51,384 nucleotides of DNA from a virus (taxonomy: Duplodnaviria > Caudoviricetes): positions 1 to 51,384 of the IMG/VR virus record IMGVR_UViG_3300036792_000159; one strand, written 5' to 3'. The translations under genes and the position numbers were made by a program. The notes below the pieces were generated by a model that was not told the origin of the DNA, searched no databases, and saw only the letters and a program-made list of their open reading frames with translations. Positions 15,424 to 23,558 of this stretch are shown here, piece after piece. The number at the start of each line of letters is the position of its first letter. The first letter of the stretch is position 1.

Positions 15424-17798
15424 GCTTCCAGGACAAGATCAGGAACCCGAGGTGTGAGCTATGCCCGATGTACGAGGAGGCTGGGCACGTCTGCCTGATG
15501 GGGGAGGGGACGCGCAAGGCGGAAATAGTAATCGTCGGGGAGGCGCCAGGAGCACAGGAGGATGAAGAAGGGCGTCCGTTCGTCGGATCCTCGGGGCAAC
15601 TGCTCACCAAGATGTTGAAAGAACACGCAGGCATCGACCGCAAAGACTGCTATATCACAAACGTTGTCAAGTGTCGGCCACCTGACAACGCTACTCCCGG
15701 CAAAAAGGACATCAAGGTTTGTGTGGAAGAGTACCTCGTAAAGGAGCTGGAAAGTGTCAAGCCAAAGTGGGTCCTCACGCTCGGGAACTCAGCTCTACAG
15801 GGAGTTCTTGGAAAATCAGGCATTACTAAGTACCGGGGGAGTCGGGTTAGAGTGGGAGACTTCACTGTTTTCCCCTCGTTCCACCCGGCGGCGGTTCTTA
15901 GGAATCCGCGTTACGAGCACGAGCTTATTGCTGACTTGCGGAAGTTCGGAGAAATGGTTCGGGGTGAAGATAACTCTCCGACTACGAAGATTAAGATCAT
16001 CCGCACTAGATCTCAGCTCAAGTGGTTGGGAAAAACTCTCAGCGCAGCCCCCGGATTCACGTACGACATAGAGACAAATTTCCTTCCTTACTTCGACCCT
16101 GACTTTCGGATAGTCTCTATCGCATTCTCTCTCAAAGCAGGGGAGGCTATCGTCGTCCCTGTCTTCCACGATGAATCTCCGTGGAAGGACCCAGCACAGG
16201 TAGTCAACTGGCTAGGGAAGTATATGAAGATGCCCAAGGCAAAGCACGTCGCACACAACGGCAAGTTCGACGCACAAGGCCTCAAGAATTATGGTGTGGA
16301 GACTACGCAGACGTTCGACACCATGCTCGCTGCGCATATGCTCGACGAGAACAGGTCGAAGGGATTGAAGAATCTCTCACAGATCTACTTGCAGGCGGAC
16401 GCGTATGGTCTAGGGGACGAGCTCAAAGACGCACACGAAATTCCGCTCAAGAAACTGGCTCTCTACAACGGACGTGATACCGACTACACGCTCCGGCTCT
16501 ACGAGAAAATGAAGAAAGAACTCACCGAAGAGCCGAGGGTTGCTCGGGTATTTTCACGTCTGATGATGCCAGCATCCAACCACATCGTCAACGTAGAGAG
16601 ACGCGGTGTGCAGATCGACAAAAATCGTTGGGTAGAGCGCAGCCAGATAGTCGTAAATAATGTGAAGAAGATCGAAGCGGCCATGATGCCCTACGTTCCC
16701 AAGCACATGCGCGCTGACATGAACTTCAACTCCCACCCTAAAGTGGCCAAGTGGCTCTTCGAGGAATGTGGGTACGAGGTACTCGAAGAGACCGAGAAAG
16801 GCGCTCCGTCGTCGAAAGAGTCCGTCCTACTACAGATGCAGGACTACAGCCGAGAGGCAGCGATACTTCTCAAACATCGTAAATGGTACAAGTACATGAG
16901 CACGTACTTCAAGCCGTGGATAGAGCGCTCCGACAGCAACCTCAAGATCCATCCCCAATACAAACTGTATGGCACTGTTACTGGGCGCCTCTCCTGTGTT
17001 GAACCCAACTTGCAACAGGTACCTAGAGAGCCCTTCGTCCGTAGCGTCCTCGGCGCCTCCCCAGGCCATGTGTGGGTAGAGGCAGACTACTCACAGGCAG
17101 AGCTCAGGATCGCGGCAATGCTGGCAAACGAGAAGCGCATGCTACGGATGTTCCAAGCCGGCGAAGACATCCATCTCAACACTGCGGCAGAAGTAACCGG
17201 CAAATCGAAAGGCTCGATCGAGAAGGAGGAGCGGAAGAAAGCCAAGGCGGTGAACTTCGGGTTCCTTTACGGCATGATGCCTAAAAAATTCGTCACGTAT
17301 GCGCGTGACAACTACGGAGTAGTGGTAACTCTTGCAGAGGCTACGAGGGTCCGTGAAAGGTTCTTTGCTGCCTACCCTGCCTTGCACCCCTGGCACGAGC
17401 GCCAGAAGCGTCTAGCGCACCGCTACAAGCGCGTAAGCAGCCCCATAGGCAGGGTAAGGCACCTGCCCGATATCGATAGCCACGTAGATGGCATTCGGAT
17501 GGACGCAGAGCGCCAGGCGATCAACAGTCCTGTACAATCCCTGGCATCGGACTTCACGCTCCTGGCGATGATCCTGCTGGAGGAACAAGGCATCCCTGTG
17601 GTGGGTCTTATCCACGATGCTCTGGCCTTCGATATCCCAGAAGACAAACTTGAGTGGGCACTGCCTATCATCAAACACACGATGGAAAACCTGCCGCTCA
17701 AGACGCTGTTCTACTTTGAAGTAACGGTACCTATCGTGGTAGATGTAAAGATCGGCTCTCATTGGAGCGACCCAGAGTCTAAGGAGTGGAGCGGATGA
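15420..17798 (+). CDS. polA: Family-4 uracil-DNA glycosylase fused to 3'-5' exonuclease and family A DNA polymerase
   Basis: CxxC, GEAPG, KCRPP, HPAA; DIET, HNGKFD; TGRLS, DYSQAELR, KAVNFGFLYG, HDA. Confidence 0.93.
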   Translation: MSFQDKIRNPRCELCPMYEEAGHVCLMGEGTRKAEIVIVGEAPGAQEDEEGRPFVGSSGQLLTKMLKEHAGIDRKDCYITNVVKCRPPDNATPGKKDIKVCVEEYLVKELESVKPKWVLTLGNSALQGVLGKSGITKYRGSRVRVGDFTVFPSFHPAAVLRNPRYEHELIADLRKFGEMVRGEDNSPTTKIKIIRTRSQLKWLGKTLSAAPGFTYDIETNFLPYFDPDFRIVSIAFSLKAGEAIVVPVFHDESPWKDPAQVVNWLGKYMKMPKAKHVAHNGKFDAQGLKNYGVETTQTFDTMLAAHMLDENRSKGLKNLSQIYLQADAYGLGDELKDAHEIPLKKLALYNGRDTDYTLRLYEKMKKELTEEPRVARVFSRLMMPASNHIVNVERRGVQIDKNRWVERSQIVVNNVKKIEAAMMPYVPKHMRADMNFNSHPKVAKWLFEECGYEVLEETEKGAPSSKESVLLQMQDYSREAAILLKHRKWYKYMSTYFKPWIERSDSNLKIHPQYKLYGTVTGRLSCVEPNLQQVPREPFVRSVLGASPGHVWVEADYSQAELRIAAMLANEKRMLRMFQAGEDIHLNTAAEVTGKSKGSIEKEERKKAKAVNFGFLYGMMPKKFVTYARDNYGVVVTLAEATRVRERFFAAYPALHPWHERQKRLAHRYKRVSSPIGRVRHLPDIDSHVDGIRMDAERQAINSPVQSLASDFTLLAMILLEEQGIPVVGLIHDALAFDIPEDKLEWALPIIKHTMENLPLKTLFYFEVTVPIVVDVKIGSHWSDPESKEWSG

Positions 17799-18043
17799 CA
17801 CCAAGAGAGAAGCGAAGGCTACGCAAGATGCGGGAGCTTATCGGAATCGATCTGGTTGCAGGTGCCCGGTCGCTAGAATCTACCGTCGGCTTTACCTCCG
17901 ATAAGGGTTTGATTAACCGTAAATTTCTGACTAAAAAAGAGAAGCGCGTACTCGACAAAGCACAGGATCAGCTATCCGAAGGAGCTCACCTACTCCGCGT
18001 TCTAGGAAATCACCTGGAGAATCCAAAACATGAGAGTCAGTAA
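17795..18043 (+). CDS. Hypothetical protein
   Basis: ATGA overlap; GGAG SD. Confidence 0.6.
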   Translation: MTPREKRRLRKMRELIGIDLVAGARSLESTVGFTSDKGLINRKFLTKKEKRVLDKAQDQLSEGAHLLRVLGNHLENPKHESQ

Positions 18044-18980
18044 TTCAAAAATCAAGACGTGGAATCGCTGCCACAAACAGTTCGAGTTCAAGTACATCAT
18101 GGGCTTGCGCCCCAAACAGCGGAAGTTCCACCTAGAGCTGGGTAGCTGGGTCCACGATCTGCTGATGACTCGTGCAGACGGAGAGAACTGGAAGGCCAGG
18201 CACCGGATTCTCAAAACCAAATTCGACAACCTCTTCGAGGAGGAGAAAGAGGATCTCGGGGATCTGCCAGCAGAAGCGAAACGCCTGTTCACCTCTTACC
18301 TGCGGACCTACAAAAAGATCGATGTAGATCACAGGGTCATCGATACCGAGATGGACGAAATCATCACCCTGCCGAGCGGTCATGAATTCAACTTCATCAT
18401 CGACGAAATCTACGAAGATGCCGAAGGTCTGTGGCTGAGGGACCACAAAACCGTCTCGAAGTTCATGCCCAAAGACTTCATGCTATTGGACGCTCAGCTG
18501 ACGCGGTACTTCTACTGCGCCGAAAAGATGGGCTACACTCCGCTGATGGGGGTAGAGTTCAACGAGATCAGGACGAAGGCTCCTACCGTCCCCCACCGGA
18601 ACAAAAACGGTCGGCTGTCAGAGGCGAAGAACATAGACACCGACTACTGGACGTACCTGGCTGCCATCAAGGGACTCGAACAGGACCCGAAGACCTACAA
18701 GGAAACCCTACGTCGTCTGTGGGAACAGGATGAAAAGTTCTTCCGCCGCTCTCGTCTCCCGAAGGATCAGCCTGTCACGGAGACGATGATGGCAGAACTC
18801 GATGAGTGCATCGTCGAGATAGAAGACGCCAAAGCTTACCCGCGCAGCCCGGACAAGTCCTGTGAATGGATGTGCGACTACAAGGATCTTTGCATCATCG
18901 ACTTGCATGGAGGCGACATAAGCAAGACCATCAAACACAGATACGAGACGCGGAAGCGCAGTAGAAAGGATGACGAGTAA
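18030..18980 (+). CDS. PD-(D/E)XK Cas4/RecB-like exonuclease
   Basis: SNS...RC, LGSWVH, IDE...RDHKT, QL, CxxxCDYKDLC. Confidence 0.85.
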   Translation: MRVSNSKIKTWNRCHKQFEFKYIMGLRPKQRKFHLELGSWVHDLLMTRADGENWKARHRILKTKFDNLFEEEKEDLGDLPAEAKRLFTSYLRTYKKIDVDHRVIDTEMDEIITLPSGHEFNFIIDEIYEDAEGLWLRDHKTVSKFMPKDFMLLDAQLTRYFYCAEKMGYTPLMGVEFNEIRTKAPTVPHRNKNGRLSEAKNIDTDYWTYLAAIKGLEQDPKTYKETLRRLWEQDEKFFRRSRLPKDQPVTETMMAELDECIVEIEDAKAYPRSPDKSCEWMCDYKDLCIIDLHGGDISKTIKHRYETRKRSRKDDE

Positions 18981-19222
18981 TGGACTACGCAGCGGAACAC
19001 AAACGCGCCGAGGAGAACGCCCGCCAGATGGGCAACGCTACTGAAGACATCGAAGTCGGTGAGGGAGAGACGGTATCGGAGGTCTCGATAACTCGCAAGG
19101 AAAAAGAACGCGAAGAGCAACTGATCGAGGCAGGCATCGACACCCTAGGCCAGTTCATGGGTCTGATGGTAGACATAGCCCAGAGCCTCGACGAAATAAG
19201 GATGTCATCAGAAAATGCCTGA
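18980..19222 (+). CDS. Hypothetical protein
   Basis: Coupled ORF. Confidence 0.6.
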   Translation: MDYAAEHKRAEENARQMGNATEDIEVGEGETVSEVSITRKEKEREEQLIEAGIDTLGQFMGLMVDIAQSLDEIRMSSENA

Positions 19223-19460
19223 CCGTGCAGAACAGATCAGTAAAAAACTACGAACCGCACTCCGAGAGGAGGCGCGTGAAAAGAACAACCTCAATTCATC
19301 CGTGTCTCTTGGCGTCCAGAAAACTCACGCCAGGAAGTACGTCGAGGCTCATCTCAAGGTCAAAGCTCTACGGACGGGACTCATCACCGAGCTAGGTATC
19401 GAGGAGCCGAAACTCGAAGACCTGTTGGGAGACGGCGATGGCCAAGAGACGCAAGCGTAG
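19215..19460 (+). CDS. Hypothetical protein
   Basis: Coupled ORF. Confidence 0.6.
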   Translation: MPDRAEQISKKLRTALREEAREKNNLNSSVSLGVQKTHARKYVEAHLKVKALRTGLITELGIEEPKLEDLLGDGDGQETQA

Positions 19461-20196
19461 ATTAAAGTCATCACAGGTTGCCAGCCAGATCAAAGATGTC
19501 GGAGAAGCCAACCCCTACGTCAAGATTCTGGTCTATGGCCGGAATGGAAAAGGTAAGACTAGGTTCGCAGCCTCAGCTCCGAAACCTCTTATCATCGACA
19601 TCAACGAGAAGGGCACCCGATCGGCGCGCAGCTTCAAAGGCGCGAAAGTCATCGAGGTAAGTAACTGGTTCGATCTAGGAGCCATCTACTGGTACCTCAA
19701 GAAGGGTGACCACGACTTCCAGTCGGTAGCCATCGACACGCTCACGGCCTTGCAAGCCCTGTGTATGGAACAGGTGCTTTACGAAGGATTCGAGCGGGAC
19801 TCTACGCGCGATCCTAAAACCCCTACGCAGCGGGACTGGGGGAAGACGGCAAACCTGATGAAGGAGGAAATTCTCAAATTCAGGAACCTTCCCATGAACG
19901 TAATCTTCACCGCACAGGAGAGAGTCACCGGTGACCCCGAAGAGGGAGAGCCGATCCTTGTGACGGTAGACCTACCCAACGGCGCGCGTGTCCCTGCCCT
20001 AGGAGCAGTGGAGGTAGTAGGCCGCGTCTACAAGAAACAGGTGAGGAACAAAAAAACCAAAAAATCGAAGTGGGAGTTCCGCATGCTTGTCGGTGACCAT
20101 GAGGAATATGACACCAAGGACCGAACGTTCTCCTTGGGGCATATCCTGCGGGAACCGTCTGTACCCAAGATCATCAAAGCATCAATCGAGGAGTAG
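19438..20196 (+). CDS. AAA_24 / Sak4-like ATPase (single-strand annealing)
   Basis: YGRNGKGKT, AIDTLT, DWG, IFTAQE. Confidence 0.85.
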   Translation: MAKRRKRRLKSSQVASQIKDVGEANPYVKILVYGRNGKGKTRFAASAPKPLIIDINEKGTRSARSFKGAKVIEVSNWFDLGAIYWYLKKGDHDFQSVAIDTLTALQALCMEQVLYEGFERDSTRDPKTPTQRDWGKTANLMKEEILKFRNLPMNVIFTAQERVTGDPEEGEPILVTVDLPNGARVPALGAVEVVGRVYKKQVRNKKTKKSKWEFRMLVGDHEEYDTKDRTFSLGHILREPSVPKIIKASIEE

Positions 20197-20202
20197 ATAC
20201 AG

Positions 20203-20961
20203 TTGGCTAAAAAACGCCGCAGCAGTAAATCGTCCGGTAGTGCTGATGTCTTCAACATCGACTTTTCCAAGGAAGTCGAGGGTGGTGGAGGCGGAGTACG
20301 CGTCCCCGAGAACGACTACAAACTGAAGATCCTCAAACTCAAGAAGATCAGGGCGTCTGAGAAGGACACGCCCGGTATCGCAGTAACGGTGAAAATCGTC
20401 GAGGGCAAGTTCGCCGGTAAAAAACTCACCGACCGGCTCTGGATCACGCCGAAATCTCTCTGGCGCCTGCGCTCCTTGCTCGAAGCTCTGGGCATGGAGG
20501 TCCCGAAAAAAGCCCTCAAACTCCCGGCGAAAAAAATCGTCGGAAAAGAAGTCGGTGCCACGATCATCGACGACGATCCATACAACGGACGCATCAAGTC
20601 GAAGATCGGAGACTGGATCGACCTCGAGACTCTCGCAGACCTCGATGACGAGGACGAAGATGAGGATGAGGACGACCTCGACGAGGACGGGGTAGACGAG
20701 GACGACGAAGAGGAAGAAGACGAAGACGAGGAAGACGACGAGGATGAGGATGAGGATGAGGACGACGAGGACGAAGATGACCTCGACGAGATGGACCGGA
20801 AGGAACTGAAGGCCTACATCAAGGAGAACGAACTTGATGTAAAGATCACCAAGAAGATGGACGAGGACGACATCCGGGAGGCAATCTCCTCTGCGGGTGA
20901 CGAGGATGAGGATGACGACGAGGACGAGGACGAGGACGACCTAGACCTCGACGAGCTCTAA
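20203..20961 (+). CDS. DUF669-like single-strand DNA-binding protein with very long acidic tail
   Basis: VPENDY...LWRLRSLLEALG; position after Sak4; D/E tracts. Confidence 0.7.
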   Translation: MAKKRRSSKSSGSADVFNIDFSKEVEGGGGGVRVPENDYKLKILKLKKIRASEKDTPGIAVTVKIVEGKFAGKKLTDRLWITPKSLWRLRSLLEALGMEVPKKALKLPAKKIVGKEVGATIIDDDPYNGRIKSKIGDWIDLETLADLDDEDEDEDEDDLDEDGVDEDDEEEEDEDEEDDEDEDEDEDDEDEDDLDEMDRKELKAYIKENELDVKITKKMDEDDIREAISSAGDEDEDDDEDEDEDDLDLDEL

Positions 20962-20971
20962 GGAGTAGGCG

Positions 20972-21271
20972 ATGAATGAGTCGGACATAACCAAAAAAAT
21001 GGTAGCTCGGCTCAAGAGTCGGGGAGCCTGGGCACGGAAGATCCATGGAAACATGTACACCGCCGGGCTTCCCGACATCATCGCCTGCTATCGCGGGTGG
21101 TGCCTAGGGCTAGAGGTGAAGAAACCAGGACGCGAGAAGACGCTGACCGAAATGCAGGCGAAAACGCTCGGACGAATCGAGGAAGCCGGAGGCTACGGGC
21201 AGATGGTAACCACAGTAGAGCAGGTAGATGACATCCTAGATGCCATCGACGACATGGAGGACAACCCCTGA
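20972..21271 (+). CDS. VRR-NUC nuclease / Holliday junction resolvase
   Basis: ESDI...GLPDII...LEVKKP...Q. Confidence 0.88.
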   Translation: MNESDITKKMVARLKSRGAWARKIHGNMYTAGLPDIIACYRGWCLGLEVKKPGREKTLTEMQAKTLGRIEEAGGYGQMVTTVEQVDDILDAIDDMEDNP

Positions 21272-21564
21272 TGCCTAGACCTACCGATACCCGCAAGGCA
21301 CGCGGGACGCGCCGAGAACGGGCCGATATCCTGCAAGGGCTAGAGAGGGGGACGGTGCAGATCGTGGATCTCATAAAGGACCCTGACCCCTGTGTGCAGA
21401 CCGCAGACCTGTGGGATGTCCTGATGCGTACTCCAGGCCTCGGACGCAGCGGTATCAAACGCGTCTGCCAGCAGTCGATGGTCTGGCCGCACGAAAAGAT
21501 CGGTGATCTCTCGGTCTTCGAGAAGCGTCGCATCATCGACTGCCTACCAGAGAGGATGAAATGA
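21271..21564 (+). CDS. Actinobacterial integration host factor (mIHF)-like H2TH protein
   Basis: R.RERADI...L..G...DVLMRTPGLGRSGIKRV...IGDLS..EK. Confidence 0.7.
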   Translation: MPRPTDTRKARGTRRERADILQGLERGTVQIVDLIKDPDPCVQTADLWDVLMRTPGLGRSGIKRVCQQSMVWPHEKIGDLSVFEKRRIIDCLPERMK

Positions 21565-21770
21565 ATAAGACACTGCACGGAAAATTTCTGGTTATAACCA
21601 AAGACGGTAAGACTCACATCTGTCGAAGTATAGAGTTATACCCAGTAAACGGGGGCTGGCTATGTCTTCAAGCTTTCGAGTACCCGGAGTCTCATAACGA
21701 CCCCCAAGACCCGACTAGAAGTCTCTCCATCCCCTTTACCAACATCGAGGGAGTCTGGGAAGTAAAATGA
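21561..21770 (+). CDS. Hypothetical protein
   Basis: ATGA overlap. Confidence 0.55.
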   Translation: MNKTLHGKFLVITKDGKTHICRSIELYPVNGGWLCLQAFEYPESHNDPQDPTRSLSIPFTNIEGVWEVK

Positions 21771-21964
21771 GACTTGACGAGGACGACATCGCGTTCCTCA
21801 AGATGCTCGAGAAACTGGACGAGTTCGAAGAGATAATCGCTGCCATCACAGGGAGGCCTTGGAGGCATCCGTTCAAGTGGTGGCAGGCGCGCAAGATGCT
21901 CGCAGGCATCAAAGAGTTCCGCCAAGAACTCCAAAACAAAACCCCCCCACCGCCGAAGCAGTGA
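21767..21964 (+). CDS. Hypothetical protein
   Basis: Coupled ORF. Confidence 0.55.
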   Translation: MRLDEDDIAFLKMLEKLDEFEEIIAAITGRPWRHPFKWWQARKMLAGIKEFRQELQNKTPPPPKQ

Positions 21965-21970
21965 GGGGGC
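21933..21970 (-). terminator. Intrinsic terminator ending the late operon
   Basis: CCCCCTCACTGC-TTCG-GCGGTGGGGGGG-TTTTGTTTT on the - strand. Confidence 0.8.
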
Positions 21971-22002
21971 AGGAGGACGAGGGATGACTACCTCGTCTTC
22001 GA

Positions 22003-22248
22003 CTACAACTTCCGCAGGGGAAGCGCAGCCGAAGCTTTTTTCGCGTTTTCCAGCGCCTTGACTTTAGCCACGGGCGTGACTTTCATGCGCTGTACTACCG
22101 CGCCGCCGATGATTATCAAGTCGACGACCAGGGTTTCGACGGTGCCGGTTTCCAGGACGATGCCAGCCTTGGCAAGTCCGGACACAATCACGACTGCAAG
22201 CAGCGCGATGAGTGATACCGGCTCTTCTTTGATCAGACCTTGTTTCAT
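22003..22248 (-). CDS. Holin
   Basis: Two TM helices, EPV N-terminus, VTPV C-terminus; follows the lysin. Confidence 0.75.
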   Translation of the reverse strand: MKQGLIKEEPVSLIALLAVVIVSGLAKAGIVLETGTVETLVVDLIIIGGAVVQRMKVTPVAKVKALENAKKASAALPLRKL

Positions 22249-22260
22249 CTACTTCCTCCT

Positions 22261-22932
22261 TTAGTGAACGAAAAAGTGCGGCTTCAGCCTGCTCTCGTCG
22301 AGGCTACGTCCCATCGACAAGTCGGTCCACTGCGTGGCGTCACACTCTGTGGCGTAGCCGCAGGACTTCGGGCCACAGATATGCGGGTGGAAGGTGTAGT
22401 GCGCGCTCCACAGCAGGAATTCATTCCGCTTGAATCCCGAGTCCAGCATTACCGTCAGGATCTCGGGCATCAGGCTGATGCTGCCGTAGAGCACCGGGTA
22501 GAGGTCAGGGTGGCGCTCTAGCATCCCGCGGACCCAGTCGGGTGCCTGTGCCGGGACAGCGTCTCCCGTCTCTATATCGAGGCACCGTGCGTGCCCCCCG
22601 GCGTTGACGGCAATCGACAGCTTGTGGGCATCGGGGAACTGGTCTACTACCTCAGGCCACGTTTCGTAATTGCCGTTGACGTAGCCTGCCACCGCAGGTG
22701 CCTTGCCGGGAATCAGTTCGAGAGAGACGTCGTCGAACATGACTTTCGGAGCCTTGCGCAGACGCTCTCTCTCCCTATGAGAGATGGCGGCTTTCAGCTG
22801 GCGAGCTCGTTTGCCGGCGTGCTTCGCCTCTTTGGCGTGGCCCCGTAGGTGATCCTCTTTCCACAGCTTGTGTTGACGCCGGGCCGCGCGCCTCTCTCGT
22901 GAGTATTCTTTCTCCAACTCTTTCAGTGTCAT
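22261..22932 (-). CDS. Endolysin, GH25-like TIM-barrel muramidase
   Basis: AVAGYVNG, LDIETGD, LWSAHY, ATQW. Confidence 0.7.
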   Translation of the reverse strand: MTLKELEKEYSRERRAARRQHKLWKEDHLRGHAKEAKHAGKRARQLKAAISHRERERLRKAPKVMFDDVSLELIPGKAPAVAGYVNGNYETWPEVVDQFPDAHKLSIAVNAGGHARCLDIETGDAVPAQAPDWVRGMLERHPDLYPVLYGSISLMPEILTVMLDSGFKRNEFLLWSAHYTFHPHICGPKSCGYATECDATQWTDLSMGRSLDESRLKPHFFVH

Positions 22933-22941
22933 CCTGTCCTC

Positions 22942-23271
22942 CTAGTCTCCGTAGATAGACTTACAATTGATTAGATGAAGTTCTCTGATCCTTCGCCTGT
23001 GTTTGACGTTGTTTTCACGGATGATCTTTTCTGCCAAGGCGATGGGTGCTTCGGGGAACAGTTTGTGAATCCGAGGATCATGGGGACTCTCTAGATCTTC
23101 GACTTGTTCGGCTCGGAGGATCTGGCGCAGGGGATTACCGCTCTTTTCGCAATTTTCCCTCTGAGCTTGCTGTTGTCGAGCATGAAGGTACAACAATGCG
23201 ACCACGGCAGACGTAGCCACAAAGAGTACCGCTACCATAACTATCACTACCCACTTGAAACGTCTTCTCAT
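22942..23271 (-). CDS. Membrane-anchored protein (lysis cassette)
   Basis: N-terminal TM helix. Confidence 0.6.
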   Translation of the reverse strand: MRRRFKWVVIVMVAVLFVATSAVVALLYLHARQQQAQRENCEKSGNPLRQILRAEQVEDLESPHDPRIHKLFPEAPIALAEKIIRENNVKHRRRIRELHLINCKSIYGD

Positions 23272-23558
23272 TAGTGCGCCACCTGTACGACTAGATTTGC
23301 CACGGCTATGGTAAACATCAGCCCCACTGCAATCGCCCCAAAAATTCCCCTCTTAATCCACTTGAGATCATTCTTCATCTCTTCGATATCATGACCTTGA
23401 TCGTCCAGCTGCTCTTCGATCCTGATCAAGGACTCACCTTGGGTCCCCTGCTTTTTCCTCAGCTCAACAACTGAATCGTGATTACTCTTGATTCTTGTGT
23501 TGTAATCGTCAAATCTCTGTTCGATCCATTGCCGAAGAGGAATTCCGCCAGCCTCCAT
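23271..23558 (-). CDS. Coiled-coil plus C-terminal TM protein (XhlA-like)
   Basis: Heptads, then KWIKR and a TM helix. Confidence 0.65.
   Translation of the reverse strand: MEAGGIPLRQWIEQRFDDYNTRIKSNHDSVVELRKKQGTQGESLIRIEEQLDDQGHDIEEMKNDLKWIKRGIFGAIAVGLMFTIAVANLVVQVAH

Noticed and set aside
18030-18980. Cas4-like gene as part of a CRISPR system
   Set aside because: It sits in the usual exonuclease-Sak4-SSB recombination module, and no array was seen
20640-20960. GAC/GAG/GAT repeats as a tandem array or CRISPR
   Set aside because: These are Asp/Glu codons, with no repeat-spacer structure and no cas operon
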